NCBI GenBank assembly: GCA_044352465.1
Contig: JBILDU010000099.1
Coordinates: 1 to 10,632, forward strand
Direction of reading: 5' to 3'
DNA: 10,632 bases
Source of the DNA: Bdellovibrionota bacterium
GTDB lineage: Bacteria > Bdellovibrionota_C > UBA2361
Of this stretch, positions 7,058-10,632 are shown in pieces. The notes beneath the pieces are model-generated. The model was not told the DNA's origin and did not search any database. It saw only the letters and a list, made by a program, of their open reading frames with translations. Numbering within the stretch: position 1 is the stretch's first letter; each line of letters opens with the position of its first letter. The position numbers and the translations under genes were made by a program.

Positions 7058-7803
7058 AAAGCACTCACTGAAACAGCGCGCCGGCTCTCCGGCTCCCGAT
7101 ACACCGCAAAATAGGCGACCCCACGAGGTGGTTCACCGAGCTGAACGGCGCGGGTCACCGACTCGCCCCAACTACACTCTTGGCGCACCCCATCATCCCA
7201 AACCGTGCCGTCAAAGGAGATCTCCTCGATCGAATCGGCCGCCACCGTTGGGGCGGCAAGAGAGGCCTGGACGAGCTCTCCTTCCCACGGTCGGGCCGAG
7301 CTGGGACGCACACCGAGCAACGGGACAAAGGGGTTGCCGCTCCGGTTAATGACGACAAGACTGGTGGTCTGAAATCTATCTTGTTCCGCGATAAGCGGCG
7401 CCAGCGGCGTCCGACTCCGCCCGGGGTGGTCGAGGAGGACCGGACGAAAGCGCACCGCCCCCCCGCCTCCTGGCGTGCTGCGGGATATCTCGATGACGCA
7501 CCCTGAGGCGGAGAGGTCCATCCGTTGCTGGACCCCTTCAAGGTCGATCTGCAGCCCGACCAAACGCCCGTCGAGTACGGTCGCTGTTTCAGGAAAGGCG
7601 TCCTCAAGTCTCAAACCGTCCGGCTGGCCGAGCCGGGCCCCCTCAAGGGTAACGGCCCGGGTCGGTAGCCCCGCCCCAAAAATAGTGAGGCGACACTCGG
7701 TCACGTACGGAGCAGACACGTTGCTCGAGAACGGGAAAAAGTGCACCACAGCGCGCGTCAGGGTACCGGTGGGGAGAAAAGCTAACCACGATACGGTCTG
7801 CAT
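7054..7803 (-). CDS. Hypothetical beta-rich protein
   Basis: ATG at 7803 follows a strong GGAGGAGG. Its stop overlaps the next start (ATGA). No signal peptide or TM helix is evident. Confidence 0.8.
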   Translation of the reverse strand: MQTVSWLAFLPTGTLTRAVVHFFPFSSNVSAPYVTECRLTIFGAGLPTRAVTLEGARLGQPDGLRLEDAFPETATVLDGRLVGLQIDLEGVQQRMDLSASGCVIEISRSTPGGGGAVRFRPVLLDHPGRSRTPLAPLIAEQDRFQTTSLVVINRSGNPFVPLLGVRPSSARPWEGELVQASLAAPTVAADSIEEISFDGTVWDDGVRQECSWGESVTRAVQLGEPPRGVAYFAVYREPESRRAVSVSAL

Positions 7804-7921
7804 AGCTGTTCCTCCTCCCAAAAAATATTCTTATCGCCACCGCGAGTCATCGGGAGTCACCTTGAATTGGGCCATTCAGCCTGGGCCATAAAGAGTACCC
7901 TTAAACACCACCTGAGGTCCG

Positions 7922-8617
7922 CTAACTCACCATCGCGAACGCATCACCCTCACTGCGCTCGTCGCGAGCTCCGACCCGACTCAATATCTGTACCCCGAAG
8001 GTGGGGTCCCCTTTGGTACTGATCCGGAGGTATCCCGGCACGGCTTCGCCGAGCGTCCCCCCCGATACGGTCCCAAACTCAGCCGTAAGGCTCACAAGTC
8101 GTGCCCCGTGCGGCGGGACCTCCACGAAGCATTCAGGGGTCCGCTTGCCGAGGATCAACCGAACTTTCACCACTCCAGCGACATCGCTCCGATTCACCAG
8201 ACACACCACGGAGTCGAGCCCAGCTCCAAAGCTAACCGGCGCGAACATTGAACGGTGGCTCGTCAGTAACGTGGCCTCCGGGTAGGCCACCGCACCCGCG
8301 CGGCTATGTAATCGGCAAAGGTGCCGTGTCCCTGCCGGTGAGGACACCTCGAGGTGCCCGTGCCGAAAGCCGCTCTCGAGCTTACACTCTCCGAGGAACT
8401 GCTCGAGCTCGAGCACCCCTACTCGCCCTGGCTCAACCTCTAGTGAGACCTTATTTACCAGCCCACCATCGGCGTCGAATAAGCTCAGCACGGTGGCACC
8501 ACCCGTGGTCTCGACAAGCGGGGGGGCCACGAAGAGTGTCGTTTCAAAAAACGGGAAGGTCGCCACCCAAAAGTGCGACACGACACCGTCCAACGCTACA
8601 TTTGTCCCGAGGCTCAC
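7922..8617 (-). CDS. Hypothetical beta-rich protein with apparent internal two-domain duplication
   Basis: 231-aa ORF with a GTG start downstream of an AT-rich intergenic region. It has alternating beta-strand patterns and a repeated 'EV.P....L.L..F'-like segment. Confidence 0.8.
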   Translation of the reverse strand: MSLGTNVALDGVVSHFWVATFPFFETTLFVAPPLVETTGGATVLSLFDADGGLVNKVSLEVEPGRVGVLELEQFLGECKLESGFRHGHLEVSSPAGTRHLCRLHSRAGAVAYPEATLLTSHRSMFAPVSFGAGLDSVVCLVNRSDVAGVVKVRLILGKRTPECFVEVPPHGARLVSLTAEFGTVSGGTLGEAVPGYLRISTKGDPTFGVQILSRVGARDERSEGDAFAMVS

Positions 8618-8619
8618 CG

Positions 8620-8710
8620 TTACACCCTGGATTTAAACGATTTTTTTAATGCTCTTCTAAAAAAGAGCGAATAAAAAGCCGTTACTTTAACAAGCTAAAA
8701 GTAAACTACA
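8620..8710 (-). promoter_or_regulatory. AT-rich probable promoter region of the - strand gene run
   Basis: GC drops sharply, with A/T tracts and a dyad GCTCTT...AAGAGC (8651-8669), immediately upstream of 8617. No -35/-10 pair could be assigned. Confidence 0.35.
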
Positions 8711-8871
8711 TCCACTCGTCTCACGCCAGTCTGATTGTCACTCCGGCGCCACGATTGCAGGGTGAAGATATCGGTTCTTACACGGTGGCCGGAGAACGGC
8801 GGTCCGTGGTGGGTGGACGGTACCAAGTTGTTTTTCGCGGAGGCTTCGCTCGATGCAGAGGAAGGCGGGCA

Positions 8872-8899
8872 GGCAGCGGTCCCCTCAAGGGGCCCTGTC
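8872..8899 (-). terminator. GC-rich hairpin downstream of the FlgO-like gene
   Basis: The - strand reads GACAGGGCCCC-TTGA-GGGGACCGCTGCC, about 35 nt after the stop; there is no U-tract. Confidence 0.3.
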
Positions 8900-8934
8900 G
8901 ACAGAATATAAGTACCCCGAGCCCCCTACCCCGA

Positions 8935-9759
8935 CTACTTCAGTGGGGGCGGCGCTGGGCTCTTCGCGCTTTTCTCGGGAGCGGGCAACTTCGGCTCAAC
9001 GGCGAGCTTCGGCGCCGCAGGGGGCACGGTCCAATCTTGAGATTCGAGGGTATCCTCACGCTCCTCAAAGCGACCGAGCGGATAAGTGGAGAAACCAAGC
9101 CGTTTGACCGGAATACGCTCGAGCGATGTCGTCATTCCCCCGCCACGCAGCAAACGGGCTAACTCAGGGGTTTGATCGAGGTCCACTGAACCCGCGGACA
9201 TTACGACCGAGGTGCTTGGATCAAGAAGCCGCGCGTTCACGTACACCCGTATCGGGGAAGCGACGTACGTGCCGACCACAACTCCTCCGAGCGTCCGCTC
9301 TCGACGAACCGAGCCGATATCGCGGGAAAGTCCGAGCTCTCCTGTCGACGACAAGAACTGAAGCGCATCGGCGTGGCGTAACTCAATCACATCGTATCCG
9401 CGCATCGAGAGCTCACTCATCATCTGTTCGGAGAACAGTCGTCCGAACGTCGAGCTTTTGTAGAGATCATCGGCGTTCACAAGGGTCGTCACCCCGATCG
9501 GACCGGGGTTGATACCGCGGTAGTACGCATCGATCTGATCGACGATAACAGCGGTCTTAAATCGACCGCTGGTCCGCGGAGCTTCGGGCTGCACTGCGGC
9601 CGAGGTTAACGTCGGAACCTGTCCGACCGGTCGCTGACACCCGCTGAGCGAAAGGAGCATCGCGACGACGGCGGTGAGGTGGCATACTCTTTGAAGAGTC
9701 TTGCAAGAAAGCGTGGCACCGCAACGAACTGAGCGACAGTGTATGAAAGGCAAGCGCAT
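8935..9759 (-). CDS. FlgO-domain outer-membrane lipoprotein with Pro/Lys-rich tail
   Basis: IGVTTLVNADDL..SSTFGRLFSEQMMSEL..RGYDVIELR, GELGLSRD, VVVGTY and VYVNARLLD match the FlgO-family pattern. Lipobox LSGC. The start codon is uncertain. Confidence 0.85.
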   Translation of the reverse strand: MRLPFIHCRSVRCGATLSCKTLQRVCHLTAVVAMLLSLSGCQRPVGQVPTLTSAAVQPEAPRTSGRFKTAVIVDQIDAYYRGINPGPIGVTTLVNADDLYKSSTFGRLFSEQMMSELSMRGYDVIELRHADALQFLSSTGELGLSRDIGSVRRERTLGGVVVGTYVASPIRVYVNARLLDPSTSVVMSAGSVDLDQTPELARLLRGGGMTTSLERIPVKRLGFSTYPLGRFEEREDTLESQDWTVPPAAPKLAVEPKLPAPEKSAKSPAPPPLK

Positions 9760-9790
9760 AACCAACCCTACGATTTAAAGAGGAATTCCG

Positions 9791-10459
9791 ATGTCCACCA
9801 GCGAATCCCTACGTAACGTCCGTGCCATTTTCTTGACACTTCTCAGTGTCATCGGCACCAGCGGGTGTGCCTCTCTCGAGCCCCGCTTCCAAGTCAACCA
9901 AAACTGCAGCTCGCGAGTCTATGTGAGCGCCCCGATAGGCCAACAGCTCAGCTCCCGCAACGGAGCCGACCATCCGAGCCGCCTCGCCGTGATCCCGTTC
10001 GCGGTCCCCGCGAATCTTGCGGGTTCGAGCAACGAGCTGCCCGGCCTCGGCAACACACTCGCGTGGAGAGTTCACGCCGAAGCGCTCGCTTCGGGGGAAT
10101 TCCCTATCACTGAAGTTTTTAATCGGCAGGACTGGCCCGGAAAAAAAGAGGAGTTTTTTACCGGCAACTTCGGCGCGATATCGCTCGCTCAGGAAGCGGG
10201 CTATGGTCTTGTTTTAACAGGTTTTATTGAGAACTTACGCGACCTCGACTCCCTCACCGCGCACACCAAACTTATCGATGTTTCATCGGGGATTACTCTC
10301 TGGTACGGCAAATCGAGCGTCCGCGCGGTCGAGCACCGCGATCCAACGGTGTTCGATTCGATGTGGCGCAGCACCGATAAACCGGCGGAGATGTACACCG
10401 CCTCGATAGCGGACGATCTGGGGCGATGCATCGTTCAAGGTATCCTCTCGCAACGTTAG
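9791..10459 (+). CDS. Lipoprotein with CsgG/LpoB/TolB-N-like fold
   Basis: RBS AGAGGA and lipobox TSGC. RLAVIPF, LAQEAGYGLVLTGFI and KLIDVSSGITLW follow the CsgG/TolB-N superfamily pattern. Confidence 0.8.
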   Translation: MSTSESLRNVRAIFLTLLSVIGTSGCASLEPRFQVNQNCSSRVYVSAPIGQQLSSRNGADHPSRLAVIPFAVPANLAGSSNELPGLGNTLAWRVHAEALASGEFPITEVFNRQDWPGKKEEFFTGNFGAISLAQEAGYGLVLTGFIENLRDLDSLTAHTKLIDVSSGITLWYGKSSVRAVEHRDPTVFDSMWRSTDKPAEMYTASIADDLGRCIVQGILSQR

Positions 10460-10632
10460 GGCCGGCGATTTGAAGTTTCTGGGGGGTGGTCGACCCACCC
10501 GCCTGACTCGCGCTACGAACTGCCTCTGAAGCCGGACTCGCACCGGGCAGCGCCAATGGTCCGCCCATATTGGCCCGCCCATAACGAGGTGCTAAGATTC
10601 CCGCGGAGCGCTGCGCCGGGGGTCCCGAATCT

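Noticed and set aside
8743..8759. GG-N10-GC sigma54-like motif CCGGCGCCACGATTGCA on the + strand
   Set aside because: Poor -24 match, and it points toward the 3' end of an opposite-strand gene with no supported target.
10557..10583. Short tandem TGG(T/C)CCGCCCATA x2 and - strand ORFs near the window end
   Set aside because: Only two imperfect units, not CRISPR-like; the ORFs overlap the lipoprotein gene and cannot be evaluated at the window edge.

Overview
Bacterial window, moderately GC-rich, in three parts. (1) Bases 1-1189 are a nested IS scar. The left end and orfA of an IS3-family element (- strand) are interrupted just after its frameshift window by an IS1111-group (IS110 family) element. 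That element's transposase is frameshifted and lacks its C-terminal half, and it abuts a structured ~90-nt segment that looks like the target-binding loop of a bridge/seek RNA matching the element's own insertion junction. (2) Bases 1531-3600 hold a lipoprotein-type DJ-1/PfpI protein, a divergent secreted orphan protein, and a 203-bp segment bounded by perfect 15-bp inverted repeats. (3) Bases 3917-8617 are a co-oriented - strand run: two unknown beta-rich proteins, a 4-Cys protein resembling half of a GT-B glycosyltransferase, then PTPS (CX5HGH, type II signature), folE2 and an NADPH-type SDR, which together form a candidate tetrahydrobiopterin-type pathway. The window ends with a head-to-head pair of FlgO/CsgG-like lipoprotein genes. 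All family calls come from motif recognition by eye; no database searches were run.
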